Made by a program: the position numbers and the translations under genes. Below the pieces are notes generated by a model. The model was not told the origin of the DNA. It saw only the letters and a list, made by a program, of their open reading frames with translations, and did not search any database. From Candidatus Omnitrophota bacterium (GTDB lineage Bacteria > Omnitrophota > Omnitrophia > Omnitrophales > Aquincolibacteriaceae): a stretch of 64,000 nt of DNA. Below are positions 9,307 to 19,197 of this stretch, one piece after another (position 1 is the first letter of the stretch; every line of letters begins with the position of its first letter). The stretch covers positions 29,872 to 93,871 of the forward strand of contig JAUYMS010000012.1 in NCBI GenBank assembly GCA_030698625.1, in the 5' to 3' direction.

Positions 9307-9704
9307 TTGAGCTGATCCTGAATAAGATTAAGATCGATGAAACTCGCAACGAACAGGTGATCGTGTTCCGAGAAAAAGAGGGGACGAGATACCTTCCGGT
9401 GGTGATCGGCTTGCCTGAGGTAAACGCCATCAAGCTCAAACTAAGCGGTTTGACGCCGCCAAGACCGCTGACACATGATCTTCTGCTTGAGACCATTCAG
9501 CATCTGGGTGCTAAGTTGGAAAAGGTCTGCATCGATAAGCTCCAAAACAATACTTTTTACGCAACACTGCACCTCCGCCGTAATGGCGACAATGTGGTGA
9601 TTGATGCCCGGCCGTCGGACGGCGTGGCCTTAGCTCTGCGCGCATCCTCTCCTATCTTTGTTGCCGAAGAAGTCATTGGCGAAGCGGGCGTCACCGAAGT
9701 CTAG
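9303..9704 (+). CDS. bifunctional nuclease family protein (DUF151/BFN domain)
   Basis: DARPSDGVALALRASSPIFVAEEV matches the DUF151 core. ATGA overlap with the upstream gene. Confidence 0.6.
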   Translation: MIELILNKIKIDETRNEQVIVFREKEGTRYLPVVIGLPEVNAIKLKLSGLTPPRPLTHDLLLETIQHLGAKLEKVCIDKLQNNTFYATLHLRRNGDNVVIDARPSDGVALALRASSPIFVAEEVIGEAGVTEV

Positions 9705-9716
9705 ATAGGATTTGTT

Positions 9717-10643
9717 ATGGCAGAGACTAAGAAATTTCAGGTTGTTATCATCGGAGCGGGCGGTGCTGGTTTAACGGCGGCCATTTATACCTCTCGCGCT
9801 AAACTTTCTACGGCTATATTTGAGAAGCTAACTCCGGGAGGGCAGATTGCCTTGACCGATTTGGTCGAGAATTACCCCGGTTTTCCGGAGGGGATTCTCG
9901 GGCCGGATGTTTCTCAGCGGATGGAGGCGCAAGCCAAGCGCTATGGTACCGAAGTGATTTACGAAGAAGTGAAGTCAATCGCTAAGCAGAACGGCGGGTT
10001 TCAAATTACGACGGGTTCCGGTTCTTACAGTGCGGCAGCCGTGATCTTGGCTTCGGGAGCTTCTTTTCGCATGGTGGGCGTGCCCGGCGAAAGGGAGCTA
10101 ACAGGCAAGGGTGTTTCGTACTGTGCCACTTGTGACGGGGCTTTCTTCAAGGAGAAGGAGATCGTTGTCGTGGGCGGGGGGGATTCGGCCATGCAGGAAG
10201 GAATTTTTCTAACCCGATTCGCCTCAAAAGTAACCGTCATTCACCGTCGTGACAGTTTACGTGCTAGTCCTATATTGAAGGATCGGGCCAAGGCGAATGA
10301 AAAGATCGAGTTCGTCTGGGATACTGTGATCGAAAAGATACTTGGGGAGAAAAAGGTCGAAGGCGTCAGCCTGCGTAATGTCAAGACCGGCGAGACGCGC
10401 GAATTTCGCACAGACGGTGTTTTTATCTTTATCGGGCATGACCCCAATTCTGCATTAGTGAAAGAGTTTGTGGAAATTGATGAGAGCGGCTATGTGAAGG
10501 CGACCGACTCTCTTCAGACTTCAGTCCCGGGTGTTTTTGCGGCCGGCGAAATCCGTGCCGGCGCCGTGAAGCAGCTTGTGGCTGCTTGCGGTGAAGGGTG
10601 TGAGGCGGCGCTGGCAGCGCAGCATCACATCGAAAACTTATGA
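9717..10643 (+). CDS. trxB: thioredoxin-disulfide reductase
   Basis: FAD motif GAGGAGLTAA, redox-active CATCDG, and NADPH motif VVGGGDSA. Confidence 0.9.
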   Translation: MAETKKFQVVIIGAGGAGLTAAIYTSRAKLSTAIFEKLTPGGQIALTDLVENYPGFPEGILGPDVSQRMEAQAKRYGTEVIYEEVKSIAKQNGGFQITTGSGSYSAAAVILASGASFRMVGVPGERELTGKGVSYCATCDGAFFKEKEIVVVGGGDSAMQEGIFLTRFASKVTVIHRRDSLRASPILKDRAKANEKIEFVWDTVIEKILGEKKVEGVSLRNVKTGETREFRTDGVFIFIGHDPNSALVKEFVEIDESGYVKATDSLQTSVPGVFAAGEIRAGAVKQLVAACGEGCEAALAAQHHIENL

Positions 10644-11152
10644 GCTTCTTTCGAGTCCTTTCGGCGGTTTTTCTCGTGACTTGTCTCGGAGCATGTTCCC
10701 CGTCCTCCCAGAAAAATGTCGGAGCCCAAGCTCCCGATTTTACCCTGCCGCTCCTTTCGGAAAATTCTTCGCCGGTTACGCTTTCCAATGTTACCGCAGA
10801 GCAGCAGGTACTCCTTGTTTTCTGGGCGACTTGGTGTCCCTCCTGCGTAGCTGAAATACCGGTTTTGAACGAGTGGAATAAGAAGTATGCTTCGCAGGGA
10901 TTGAAGATCTTGGGCATCAATATCGAGGAACCTCGGGGAAAAGTATTGGAGTTTGCCGAGAAATACCCTATGGACTACTCGATACTGCTGGATTCGGACG
11001 GACAGACCGCAGCCGTGTACGGACTCGTTGCCCTGCCTGTCACGGTTATGCTTGCGACTGGCGGTAAGATTATCTATTATGGTTTTGGTTTACCGGAAAT
11101 TGAAGAGTTGATGGATTTGGCACCGTCTCAGAATGTGCCATGGCAAGCTTAA
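10640..11152 (+). CDS. TlpA/ResA-like thiol-disulfide oxidoreductase lipoprotein (thioredoxin fold)
   Basis: Lipobox-like LVTCLGAC, WATWCPSC active site, and ATGA coupling with trxB. Confidence 0.8.
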   Translation: MSFFRVLSAVFLVTCLGACSPSSQKNVGAQAPDFTLPLLSENSSPVTLSNVTAEQQVLLVFWATWCPSCVAEIPVLNEWNKKYASQGLKILGINIEEPRGKVLEFAEKYPMDYSILLDSDGQTAAVYGLVALPVTVMLATGGKIIYYGFGLPEIEELMDLAPSQNVPWQA

Positions 11153-11173
11153 AACCCTTAAGGAGGAAGTCTC

Positions 11174-11473
11174 ATGGCGCTTGAAGGTGAATTCGGTAAA
11201 GAAGTTAATGAATTGATCCGCATCTTGAAGAAGCTGCTGAAGCACACCGTCAAAGATGAAAAGTGGGTCAAGATGGAATCCCACACTTCTGACAAGGGTC
11301 TTAATATCAATATTTTTCTTCACCCCATGATCCTTCTGAACGCACAAGACTTCGAGAGCTTGGATGAAGCTTACGACAAATACCTGTTCGACAAAGGTAT
11401 GAAGGATGACCTGCCCGGCGAGCTAAGTCCCGAGGACCTCGACTTCCTGAGTCAAAACGGTATCGAATACTAA
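11174..11473 (+). CDS. hypothetical acidic protein
   Basis: Strong RBS AAGGAGGAAG 5 nt upstream. 99 aa with no recognisable domain. Confidence 0.45.
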   Translation: MALEGEFGKEVNELIRILKKLLKHTVKDEKWVKMESHTSDKGLNINIFLHPMILLNAQDFESLDEAYDKYLFDKGMKDDLPGELSPEDLDFLSQNGIEY

Positions 11474-11487
11474 CCGTTCCTCTGCCC

Positions 11488-12327
11488 ATGCGCACCCGCC
11501 CGTACACAGTCCTCGTGGCTTTGATTATTCTGACGAGTCTATTCCTGCTCGGGATAGGACCTTCACTGGCCGCTGATCTTCATGATCATGCGGCTTGGGA
11601 TGCCTTTCTCAAGAAATACGTGAATGAGGCCGGTGAGGTGCAGTATCAGGCCGTCGCAGATAATCCCGATGACTTGAATGCGTACCTAGACGAGTTGGCG
11701 TCCGTAAATAACATGAGCTTGGGTCGTGACTGGACGCGTGAGGAGAAGTTGGCGCTTTATCTGAATGCCTACCATGCGGGTGTGATACGGCTGATTATCG
11801 AGCATTGGCCCGTAGAGACGATCCAGGAAATCCCCGGAGTTTGGGACCTTCCAGCGGTTCGGATCGGCAAGGAAAGTCACAGTTTAAATCATCTTCGTAG
11901 CCAAGATCTCATTGGTGCATTCCGGGACGAAAAAATTCATCTTGCTCTCGCTTGCGGGGCCAAGGGATGCCCGCGACTCCGTAAGGAAGCCTACTCGGCT
12001 ATGCGCGTGGAGGGGCAGCTCTTTCTGGCGACTCAGGAGTTTGTCAATGATCCCAATCGAACTATTATTTATACGGGTGCCAAAAAAATTGAGCTTTCCA
12101 GAATATTTAAATGGTACGGTTCGGATTTCCGTCTTGATTTTGCGGGTCCAGACGATGAAACTCAGTTCTCCGTTACCGAGACCGCCGTGCTGTCTTTCAT
12201 TGCACATTATTTGCAGGAAGCTGACAAGATTGATTTTCTCTCCCGCCGCAAGTATAAGATCAAATACCTGCCTTTTGAGTGGACATTGAATGAATGGGTG
12301 AGCGATAGTGGCGCCATCGCGAGATAA
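11488..12327 (+). CDS. DUF547 family protein (secreted)
   Basis: Signal peptide, and LALYLNAYHAGVIRLII ... GAKGCPRL, which is reminiscent of DUF547. Confidence 0.45.
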   Translation: MRTRPYTVLVALIILTSLFLLGIGPSLAADLHDHAAWDAFLKKYVNEAGEVQYQAVADNPDDLNAYLDELASVNNMSLGRDWTREEKLALYLNAYHAGVIRLIIEHWPVETIQEIPGVWDLPAVRIGKESHSLNHLRSQDLIGAFRDEKIHLALACGAKGCPRLRKEAYSAMRVEGQLFLATQEFVNDPNRTIIYTGAKKIELSRIFKWYGSDFRLDFAGPDDETQFSVTETAVLSFIAHYLQEADKIDFLSRRKYKIKYLPFEWTLNEWVSDSGAIAR

Positions 12328-13138
12328 ATCCAAGTTTCGAGTTGCTTGTATCCAGACAAAAGCAGGTAAGAACTTCGAATCGAATTGGCGTAGGATTAAG
12401 AGCCAGATTTCAGCAGCACTCCGCAAGCAGCCGCATCTCATTGCTTTGCCCGAAGCATTTTCATGCCGTGCTCCGCGGCAAGCCAATGAAGACATCGCTC
12501 GCCGACAAACGCCTTTTTTAATTCGAGAATTCACTCAGATAGCCAAGAAGAATCGCGTTGCTTTTCTCATGGGAAGTGTTCTGGAGTCCTCCAAGCGGCG
12601 CGGCAAGTTTTACAATACCTCATTGCTCATATCTGAAACGGGCCGCGTTGTGGCTCGGTATCGTAAAATTCATCTTTTTGACATCGGTATGAAGGGCAGG
12701 GTTCGCACTCGGGAATCCAGTCAAATAACACCGGGAAACAGAGTCGTCGTCGGAACTGTCTGGGGTGTTCGCGTAGGATTGTCAATCTGTTATGACCTTC
12801 GATTTCCGGAACTTTTCAGGGCTCTGGCCCAGAAGGGAAGTCGCATTATTTTCATGCCTGCGAATTTTACTTACTTCACCGGCAAGGCACACTGGGAAGT
12901 CTTGCTTCGGGCTCGCGCGATCGAGAACCAGGCTTATGTGGTTGCACCAGCCCAGGCCGGATCGCACCCGGCGACAGGCATAAAGAGTTTTGGTTGCAGC
13001 CTGCTAGTGGATCCCTGGGGTAAAGTGCTGCGACGGGCTGCTCGTGCCGGGGAACAGGTGCTCTGCGCCGATCTGGACTTGCGCTATCAGGCTCGGATTC
13101 GTAGAGAATTCCCTGTTTTGACGCACAGGCGGCTGTGA
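12308..13138 (+). CDS. carbon-nitrogen hydrolase family amidohydrolase
   Basis: CN-hydrolase catalytic E-K-C layout: ALPEAF, RYRKIHLFD, GLSICYDLRFPELF. Confidence 0.8.
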   Translation: MAPSRDKSKFRVACIQTKAGKNFESNWRRIKSQISAALRKQPHLIALPEAFSCRAPRQANEDIARRQTPFLIREFTQIAKKNRVAFLMGSVLESSKRRGKFYNTSLLISETGRVVARYRKIHLFDIGMKGRVRTRESSQITPGNRVVVGTVWGVRVGLSICYDLRFPELFRALAQKGSRIIFMPANFTYFTGKAHWEVLLRARAIENQAYVVAPAQAGSHPATGIKSFGCSLLVDPWGKVLRRAARAGEQVLCADLDLRYQARIRREFPVLTHRRL

Positions 13139-13188
13139 AGCTTCCGTATCTTATTCTTATATAGTAACTTACGGCAATAATAAAGGGA

Positions 13189-13217
13189 TTGACAGCGGTC
13201 GACTATTTTCATAATAT
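13189..13217 (+). promoter_or_regulatory. near-consensus sigma70 promoter for rplU-rpmA-obg (TTGACA, 17-nt spacer, TAATAT)
   Basis: TTGACA at 13189-13194, 17-nt spacer, TAATAT at 13212-13217, followed by a ~55-nt leader before the rplU ATG at 13274. Confidence 0.6.
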
Positions 13218-13273
13218 GTGCAGTCTCAAGCACTTAGCCACGTTGCTGAGTGTTTCTTTCCAGGAGGAATCTC

Positions 13274-13594
13274 ATGGCAGCTTATGCAATTGTAGAAACC
13301 GGCGCAAAGCAGTACTACGTAGAGCTCAACAGCATTCTTGAAGTCGAGAAGCTAAAGCTCGAAGATCAGCAGAAGGAAGTCTGCTTGGATCGCGTTCTGT
13401 TCTACAAAGACGGCGAAAAGACCGAAATCGGCAAGCCGACTGTCGAAGGTGCTCAGGTGGTCTGCGAGTTTCTGGGAAACACGAAGCTTAAAAAGGTTAT
13501 CTCCTTTAAATTTCGCCGCCGTAAAGATTCGCGTCGCAAACACGGGCATCGCCAAGAGGCCACTAAACTCCTGGTCAAAGAGATTAAGGTCTAA
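13274..13594 (+). CDS. rplU: 50S ribosomal protein L21
   Basis: [18 protein letters not shown]-terminus, with an AGGAGGAA RBS. Confidence 0.9.
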   Translation: MAAYAIVETGAKQYYVELNSILEVEKLKLEDQQKEVCLDRVLFYKDGEKTEIGKPTVEGAQVVCEFLGNTKLKKVISFKFRRRKDSRRKHGHRQEATKLLVKEIKV

Positions 13595-13616
13595 GGGAAA
13601 GGCCGAGCTTACTTAT

Positions 13617-13862
13617 ATGGCACACACAAAAGCGCAGGGAAGTTCATCAAACGGTCGGGATTCTAACTCCAAAAGGCTTGGCGTCAAGGCTAGCGGTGGT
13701 CAGTTTGTGCGTGCAGGCAGTATCATTGTGCGCCAGCGCGGCAATCGTTTTAGTCCGGGTTTTTTTGTCGGGCGGGGTAATGATTTTACGCTATTCGCTA
13801 AACGGGACGGTATTGTCGAATTCAGAACTAATCACTCGGTTCATATCATTCCTGCACAGTAA
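13617..13862 (+). CDS. rpmA: 50S ribosomal protein L27
   Basis: [24 protein letters not shown]...GSIIVRQRG signature. Confidence 0.9.
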   Translation: MAHTKAQGSSSNGRDSNSKRLGVKASGGQFVRAGSIIVRQRGNRFSPGFFVGRGNDFTLFAKRDGIVEFRTNHSVHIIPAQ

Positions 13863-13888
13863 AAACCTCAAGTTTCAATTAATCGCTA

Positions 13889-13930
13889 GGCTAAAAAGAT
13901 ATAGGGTTGTCTTTTTAGCCTTTTTTATTT
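13889..13930 (+). terminator. rho-independent terminator after rpmA
   Basis: Stem GGCTAAAAAGA / TCTTTTTAGCC (13889-13920) followed by TTTTTTATTT. Confidence 0.6.
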
Positions 13931-13986
13931 CTTAAGCCAATGTCTCATCACATCAAAATAGACAAGAGAAATGGGGCGGTAGTCTC

Positions 13987-14964
13987 ATGACGGTGTTCGT
14001 CGACCACATGCGTGTTGCCGTTCAAGCGGGCAACGGGGGTAACGGCTGTGCGAGCTTCTCTCGCCGTGATGACCGGAAGGTGGTTCCCGACGGAGCGGAT
14101 GGAGGCGACGGCGGGCGAATTATATTCCGCGCGGATACTAACGCACCGCCGCTTGTTTCCCTAAGAAGCCGCCAATATATTATTGCCGAGTCGGGAGGCC
14201 ACGGGAAAGGCGCGCGCAAACGCGGTCGTAACGGCGAAAGCACGGTCATCATTGTGCCTGTCGGAACTCGCATCTATGATCGCGATAAGAATCTGTTAAT
14301 TCGTCAGCTCACAACATCCGGCAGCGAAGTTGTTGTGTGCGAGGGGGGGCGCGGCGGCAGCGGAAATTCGGGGCATCGAGACGCAACGCTCGGAGAAAAG
14401 AAAGGGCCTCTGTCGCTAGAACTGCAATACCGTGTGCCTGCAGATATCTTTCTTGTGGGATTGCCCAATTCAGGCAAGTCGACGTTCCTAAATCGTTTGA
14501 CGCGCGCCCACGTTAAAATAGAATATTATCCTTTTACAACGAGGACTCCTGAGGTGGGGGTGCTGTCTTTTTCTGAGTATGAGCAACTCACTCTGTGTGA
14601 ATTACCTTCGCTTTATGCCGCCTCCGGAGAGGGGCGCGGGATGGGAGCTGATTTCTTGAAGCATCTGGAAGTGGCCAATCTGGTATTGTATTTTCTAGAC
14701 CCGCAATCAGAATTTGCGACATCCCTGGAGGATGGATTAGCTATATTGAAATCTGTTGTCGAAGCCCAGAATTCAGACTTTCTCAACATACCCTACGCGG
14801 TTGTTGTGAATAAAATAGACATAGCAGAAGCGAAAGCTAGTGCCGAGAAACAAGCCTTTGACCCCGGGGTCCCGTGTTTTTATATCTCCGCGCAACAAGG
14901 GGAGGGGCTCAAGCCTTTGAATGAATACTTGAAAGAGGTATACGAAACGAGTCAAGATGCGTGA
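13987..14964 (+). CDS. obg: GTPase Obg/CgtA
   Basis: Gly-rich Obg fold (AGNGGNG, DGGDGGRI) plus G motifs GLPNSGKST and NKID. Confidence 0.9.
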   Translation: MTVFVDHMRVAVQAGNGGNGCASFSRRDDRKVVPDGADGGDGGRIIFRADTNAPPLVSLRSRQYIIAESGGHGKGARKRGRNGESTVIIVPVGTRIYDRDKNLLIRQLTTSGSEVVVCEGGRGGSGNSGHRDATLGEKKGPLSLELQYRVPADIFLVGLPNSGKSTFLNRLTRAHVKIEYYPFTTRTPEVGVLSFSEYEQLTLCELPSLYAASGEGRGMGADFLKHLEVANLVLYFLDPQSEFATSLEDGLAILKSVVEAQNSDFLNIPYAVVVNKIDIAEAKASAEKQAFDPGVPCFYISAQQGEGLKPLNEYLKEVYETSQDA

Positions 14965-16069
14965 CCGATTAAAAACATGCCGCCGTATTGTGATTAAAGT
15001 GGGTACCAGCATCCTTACTTCCCGCAAGGGGAGGTTTACGCCGCGCAGTGTCACACGCTTGGTGGCCGAAGTTTCTTCGCTGTGGCGCCATCAAAAGGAA
15101 GTTGTGCTAGTCAGCTCCGGTGCCATTGCGTTGGGTATGGAGGTAGGGAAATTGAGGCGTCGACCAAGAAAAATGGACCAGCTTCAAGCCTGTGCTGCGA
15201 TGGGACAAGGGAAATTGATGCATGCTTATGAACAGAGTTTTTCCCGTCGGGGAATGCATTCGGCACAGCTTCTCTTGACACGTGATGGACTCGAACAAAG
15301 AAACCGCTACTTGTGTGTGCGGCAGACATTGAGCGCATTGCTTGAGATGAAGGTGGTGCCGATTATCAACGAGAATGACACCGTGGCCACTGAAGAGATT
15401 GCTTTCGGCGATAACGATATCCTCTCCGTGTACGTTGCTGACCTTGTTCACGCGGACCTTCTGGTCATCCTCTCCGATGTCGACGGGTTTCACTTGAGAG
15501 ACGGGTCACGAATTCGCCGCGTTGATTCCGCGGAAGAAATTGATAAGGAACTGGTAAGACATATTCGGGACAGCAAAACTCACACAACGGTCGGCGGCAT
15601 GAAGGCAAAGTTAGAGGCAGCGCGCATTGCGATGCGTCTGGCGGTGCCTTTGCTAATCGTCAACGGCCATCGCGAAGGGATTATCCAACAGGCACTGGCG
15701 GGTGAGGATGTCGGGACTCTCTTTTTGCCCGGAACAGCCCATAAGAGTGCGCGAAAGAAGTGGATCGCCTTCTCTGCGCCTCGGCGCGGGAGAGTTGTGG
15801 TTGATGACGGGGCCTATGAAGCCCTGTCGCGAAGAAAGAGTAGTTTGCTACCGCGAGGCATTGTAGAAGTGCACGGCAATTTTGAGAAAGGTCATGTTGT
15901 TGAGTTATCCATGACTGACGGCAGTGTCTTCGGGCGGGGTGTTGCCCAATTTTCAAGCCGTGATTTGGTCAGCCTGGTTGGAAAAAAGACGGCTGAAATT
16001 CATGAAATCCTAGGTTATAAAGCCCAGGATGAAGCCATACATCGTAATAATCTCGTGCTTTGGAGATAA
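14957..16069 (+). CDS. proB: glutamate 5-kinase (with PUA domain)
   Basis: RIVIKVGTSILT, amino-acid kinase fold, and a C-terminal PUA-like region. Confidence 0.9.
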   Translation: MRDRLKTCRRIVIKVGTSILTSRKGRFTPRSVTRLVAEVSSLWRHQKEVVLVSSGAIALGMEVGKLRRRPRKMDQLQACAAMGQGKLMHAYEQSFSRRGMHSAQLLLTRDGLEQRNRYLCVRQTLSALLEMKVVPIINENDTVATEEIAFGDNDILSVYVADLVHADLLVILSDVDGFHLRDGSRIRRVDSAEEIDKELVRHIRDSKTHTTVGGMKAKLEAARIAMRLAVPLLIVNGHREGIIQQALAGEDVGTLFLPGTAHKSARKKWIAFSAPRRGRVVVDDGAYEALSRRKSSLLPRGIVEVHGNFEKGHVVELSMTDGSVFGRGVAQFSSRDLVSLVGKKTAEIHEILGYKAQDEAIHRNNLVLWR

Positions 16070-16076
16070 AGTCGAC

Positions 16077-17360
16077 ATGAAAAAGAAATCCCGACAAACA
16101 GCTAACCGGTGGAAATCAAAGTTGACGAGAACACTGGCAAACATGAATGAAGCTTCGGGCGAGATGAGCCTATTGTCAAAGAGTATCAAGAATAAGATCC
16201 TCCTCGATGCGGCTCGGAAGCTAGAAACGAATAAGAGTTTTCTCTTAAAGCAGAACGCAAAAGATCTTCGCAGTGGCCGTGAATCGGGGCTCAGTGCAGC
16301 CCTCTTGGATAGGCTCACCCTTACTGACGGCCGAGTTCGTGCCATGGCCGACGGTGTACGCGCGGTTGCATCCTTAGCGGACCCTATCGGACAGGTGAGC
16401 AAGCGTTGGCGCCGTCCAAACGGACTGCGTATTTCGCGTGTGGTTGTTCCGCTCGGGGTTATTTTGATTATTTACGAGTCCCGGCCCAATGTGACCGTGG
16501 AGTGTGCCTCCCTATGTATTAAGAGCGGTAACACTGTTCTGCTTCGGGGAGGACGCGAAGCTTTTAATTCCAACCGGGCCCTAGCGTCTATATTTACGGA
16601 GGCATTGCAGCGCCACCGCCTTCCGAAGGCCGGCGTAAGTTTCGTCGATACCGTGGATCGTGCGGCAGTAGATTTTCTGCTACACAGAGATCAAGAGATT
16701 CAGTTGGTCATTCCCAGAGGCGGTGAGGCCCTTATCCGCAAAGTTGCGAGCACTTCAAGAATCCCGGTCATAAAGCATTATCAGGGTATCTGTCATGTGT
16801 ATGTGGACAAAGACGCGGATATCCAAAAGGCGGTAGCCATTGCTTTCAATGCCAAGGTGCAGAGGCCTTCGGTTTGCAATGCGATGGAAACGCTTTTGGT
16901 TCACGAGAAGGCCGCGGCGCGTATCCTTCCTCCTCTCGGAAAGAAGCTTCGCGAGGCTGGGTGCGAAGTGCGTGGCGACAGATCGACTCGGGGTTTTTTG
17001 CCCTGGGCTCGAAAGGCCAAGAATAGCGACTACGGTTATGAATATCTGGATAAGGTTTTAGCTATTAAAGTGGTTAAGGACATAAACGGGGCGATTCGCC
17101 ATATCCGTGATTACGGTTCGGGGCATACCGATGCGATTGTGACGAAGAATCGAAAAGCAGCGCGTCTTTTTACGGAGCAGGTCGATTCCTCGTCGGTGAT
17201 GGTGAACGCATCAACGCGTTTCGCTGACGGATTTGAGTACGGTTTCGGTGCGGAGATCGGAATATCGACTGATAAGATTCATGCCCGCGGCCCGATGGGG
17301 TTGGAGGGATTGACCTCCTATAAGTACGTTGTAGAGGGCCAAGGACAGATTCGAACTTAA
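16077..17360 (+). CDS. proA: gamma-glutamyl phosphate reductase (alternative start at 16143)
   Basis: Aldehyde dehydrogenase-like protein with a catalytic Cys region (PSVCNAMETLLVH) directly after proB. Confidence 0.9.
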   Translation: MKKKSRQTANRWKSKLTRTLANMNEASGEMSLLSKSIKNKILLDAARKLETNKSFLLKQNAKDLRSGRESGLSAALLDRLTLTDGRVRAMADGVRAVASLADPIGQVSKRWRRPNGLRISRVVVPLGVILIIYESRPNVTVECASLCIKSGNTVLLRGGREAFNSNRALASIFTEALQRHRLPKAGVSFVDTVDRAAVDFLLHRDQEIQLVIPRGGEALIRKVASTSRIPVIKHYQGICHVYVDKDADIQKAVAIAFNAKVQRPSVCNAMETLLVHEKAAARILPPLGKKLREAGCEVRGDRSTRGFLPWARKAKNSDYGYEYLDKVLAIKVVKDINGAIRHIRDYGSGHTDAIVTKNRKAARLFTEQVDSSSVMVNASTRFADGFEYGFGAEIGISTDKIHARGPMGLEGLTSYKYVVEGQGQIRT

Positions 17361-17380
17361 CACCGCACGCGAGGGATGGA

Positions 17381-17971
17381 ATGAAAGTAGGCATACTCGG
17401 CGGCACGTTTGACCCAATTCATGAAGGACATTTGACCCTCGCGCGGTCCGCCATGGGCCAATACGGTCTCGATAAGGTTATCTTTATCCCTGCGTGCATC
17501 CCGCCTAACAAGACAGATCGAAAGAACATGACTCCTGCATCAGAGCGCTTGAGGATGGTGGAGATGGCGCTTCAGCACGAACCCTCCTTTGAGCTTTCCG
17601 AGATGGAGCTAGAGCGATCCGGTATTTCGTATACGGTGGATACTCTTGTCCAGATCAAAGAACGTTTTCCGGACGACGAGCTGTTTCTGATCCTGGGTTT
17701 TGACACACTAAGCGAGATTCCGAGCTGGAGGGATTGCGATCAGATTGCCGGCTTGGCCCGCTTTTTGGTGGCTCGCCGGGGTCCTCTGACCGGAAAGATA
17801 CCGTTTAGGGAAAATGTGCAGTGGATTGACATGGACAATTGTCCTCTGTCGTCTTCAATCATTCGTGAAAAGATTCAACTGGGGCTCTTGGCTCAGGGAG
17901 ATCTGCCGCCGGGGGTGGAGTCCTACATTCGTAAGCAGCGACTTTACGGGGGCAATCCAACATGCAGTTAG
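17381..17971 (+). CDS. nadD: nicotinate-nucleotide adenylyltransferase
   Basis: GILGGTFDPIHEGHL (HxGH nucleotidyltransferase motif) and ISSSIIR. Confidence 0.85.
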   Translation: MKVGILGGTFDPIHEGHLTLARSAMGQYGLDKVIFIPACIPPNKTDRKNMTPASERLRMVEMALQHEPSFELSEMELERSGISYTVDTLVQIKERFPDDELFLILGFDTLSEIPSWRDCDQIAGLARFLVARRGPLTGKIPFRENVQWIDMDNCPLSSSIIREKIQLGLLAQGDLPPGVESYIRKQRLYGGNPTCS

Positions 17972-19197
17972 GCTTGAATCTTCTCATTTTTCTTCTCCTC
18001 TTTGCCTTGGCCACGTTCTTTGCGGGGGCGGAGACGGCTCTTTTTTCTCTGTCCCGTATCGAACGGAGGCGGTTGGAGCGCGGTCATCCGCGATTGGGCG
18101 GGTGGGTTAATGACCACCTTGATAATCCCAAGAGGACATTGGCGACCATTCTTATCGGGAATCTGGTCGTTCATACCCTGGCGACAGCAATGGTCACACT
18201 AATAGCGAAGAAGGTCGTAGGACATCAGGGGATTGGCTTCTCTTTGGTTATTTTTACTCTACTGCTCGTTCTATTTGGTGAAATTCTCCCCAAAACATTC
18301 GCGGTTCGCAATAACGAGGTGTTTTCGCTGTTTGTCGCCATTCCCCTGAAGATATTCTCGTTCCTGTTCTACCCCTTCCGTGTGATAGCACGGCTGGCAA
18401 CCGATCGTATCCTAGGGCTTCTCATCCACGAGAAAATAGAACATAAGGACAAGATGTCTGAAGAGGAGCTCATGACCCTGATCAAAATCGGTGAGGAGGA
18501 GGGCGTTTTAGACCGGCAAGAGCGCTATATGCTGCATAAGCTGTTTGATCTCGGACAGAGACAAGTCAAGGAGATCATGACGCCTCGAGTGGATCTGGCT
18601 GCTCTTGATATCGAAGACAGTGCCGACAGCCACGTCGAAATGATGAGGAAATATCACTTTACACACTTTCCCGTTTATCAGGGATCCTCAGATCACGTAT
18701 TGGGAGTTATATCGGTTGACGAGTATTTGCTGAGCCGTACGCGTGACCTGCGGTCGCTGCTTCAGCAGCCTTTGTTCGTGCCCGAAAGTAAGCGTATCGA
18801 CGATTTGCTGGAAGAATTTCGTGAGAAGCGGCAAAAGTTTGCGATCTGTGTCGACGAGTTTGGCGGTACGGCAGGCATAGTCACGTTAGAGGATATTCTC
18901 GAAGAAATCTTCGGAGAGTATTACGACGAATATGCCGAGATTCAATTGCCTGTCCGCGCTATCGGGGAAAACCGTTTTATCGTTGAGGCGAAAATGAATC
19001 TTGCGGATTTTAACGAGTATTTTTCCACTCATTTGCAGGCTGACGATGCGGCGACGCTTGGCGGATTTATTCTAGAGAGATTAGGAGAGGTTCCGGCGCG
19101 CGGTAAGACCCTTAAAACAGACGAATGTGAGATAACGATCCATGAGGTTATCCGCCAGCGGCGTATCCGAAGCGTGATTGTGAGGCCCCGCCCATGA
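17962..19197 (+). CDS. hemolysin-family transporter, CNNM/DUF21 + CBS pair + CorC/HlyC C-terminal domain
   Basis: N-terminal DUF21 TM domain, two CBS domains and a transporter-associated C-terminus (GGTAGIVTLEDILEEIFGE). Confidence 0.8.
   Translation: MQLGLNLLIFLLLFALATFFAGAETALFSLSRIERRRLERGHPRLGGWVNDHLDNPKRTLATILIGNLVVHTLATAMVTLIAKKVVGHQGIGFSLVIFTLLLVLFGEILPKTFAVRNNEVFSLFVAIPLKIFSFLFYPFRVIARLATDRILGLLIHEKIEHKDKMSEEELMTLIKIGEEEGVLDRQERYMLHKLFDLGQRQVKEIMTPRVDLAALDIEDSADSHVEMMRKYHFTHFPVYQGSSDHVLGVISVDEYLLSRTRDLRSLLQQPLFVPESKRIDDLLEEFREKRQKFAICVDEFGGTAGIVTLEDILEEIFGEYYDEYAEIQLPVRAIGENRFIVEAKMNLADFNEYFSTHLQADDAATLGGFILERLGEVPARGKTLKTDECEITIHEVIRQRRIRSVIVRPRP

Noticed and set aside
10429-10920. 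163-aa minus-strand ORF spanning the trxB/TlpA junction
   Set aside because: It is antisense to two strongly supported genes. Its composition (Arg/Ser/Pro-rich) is typical of a spurious frame.
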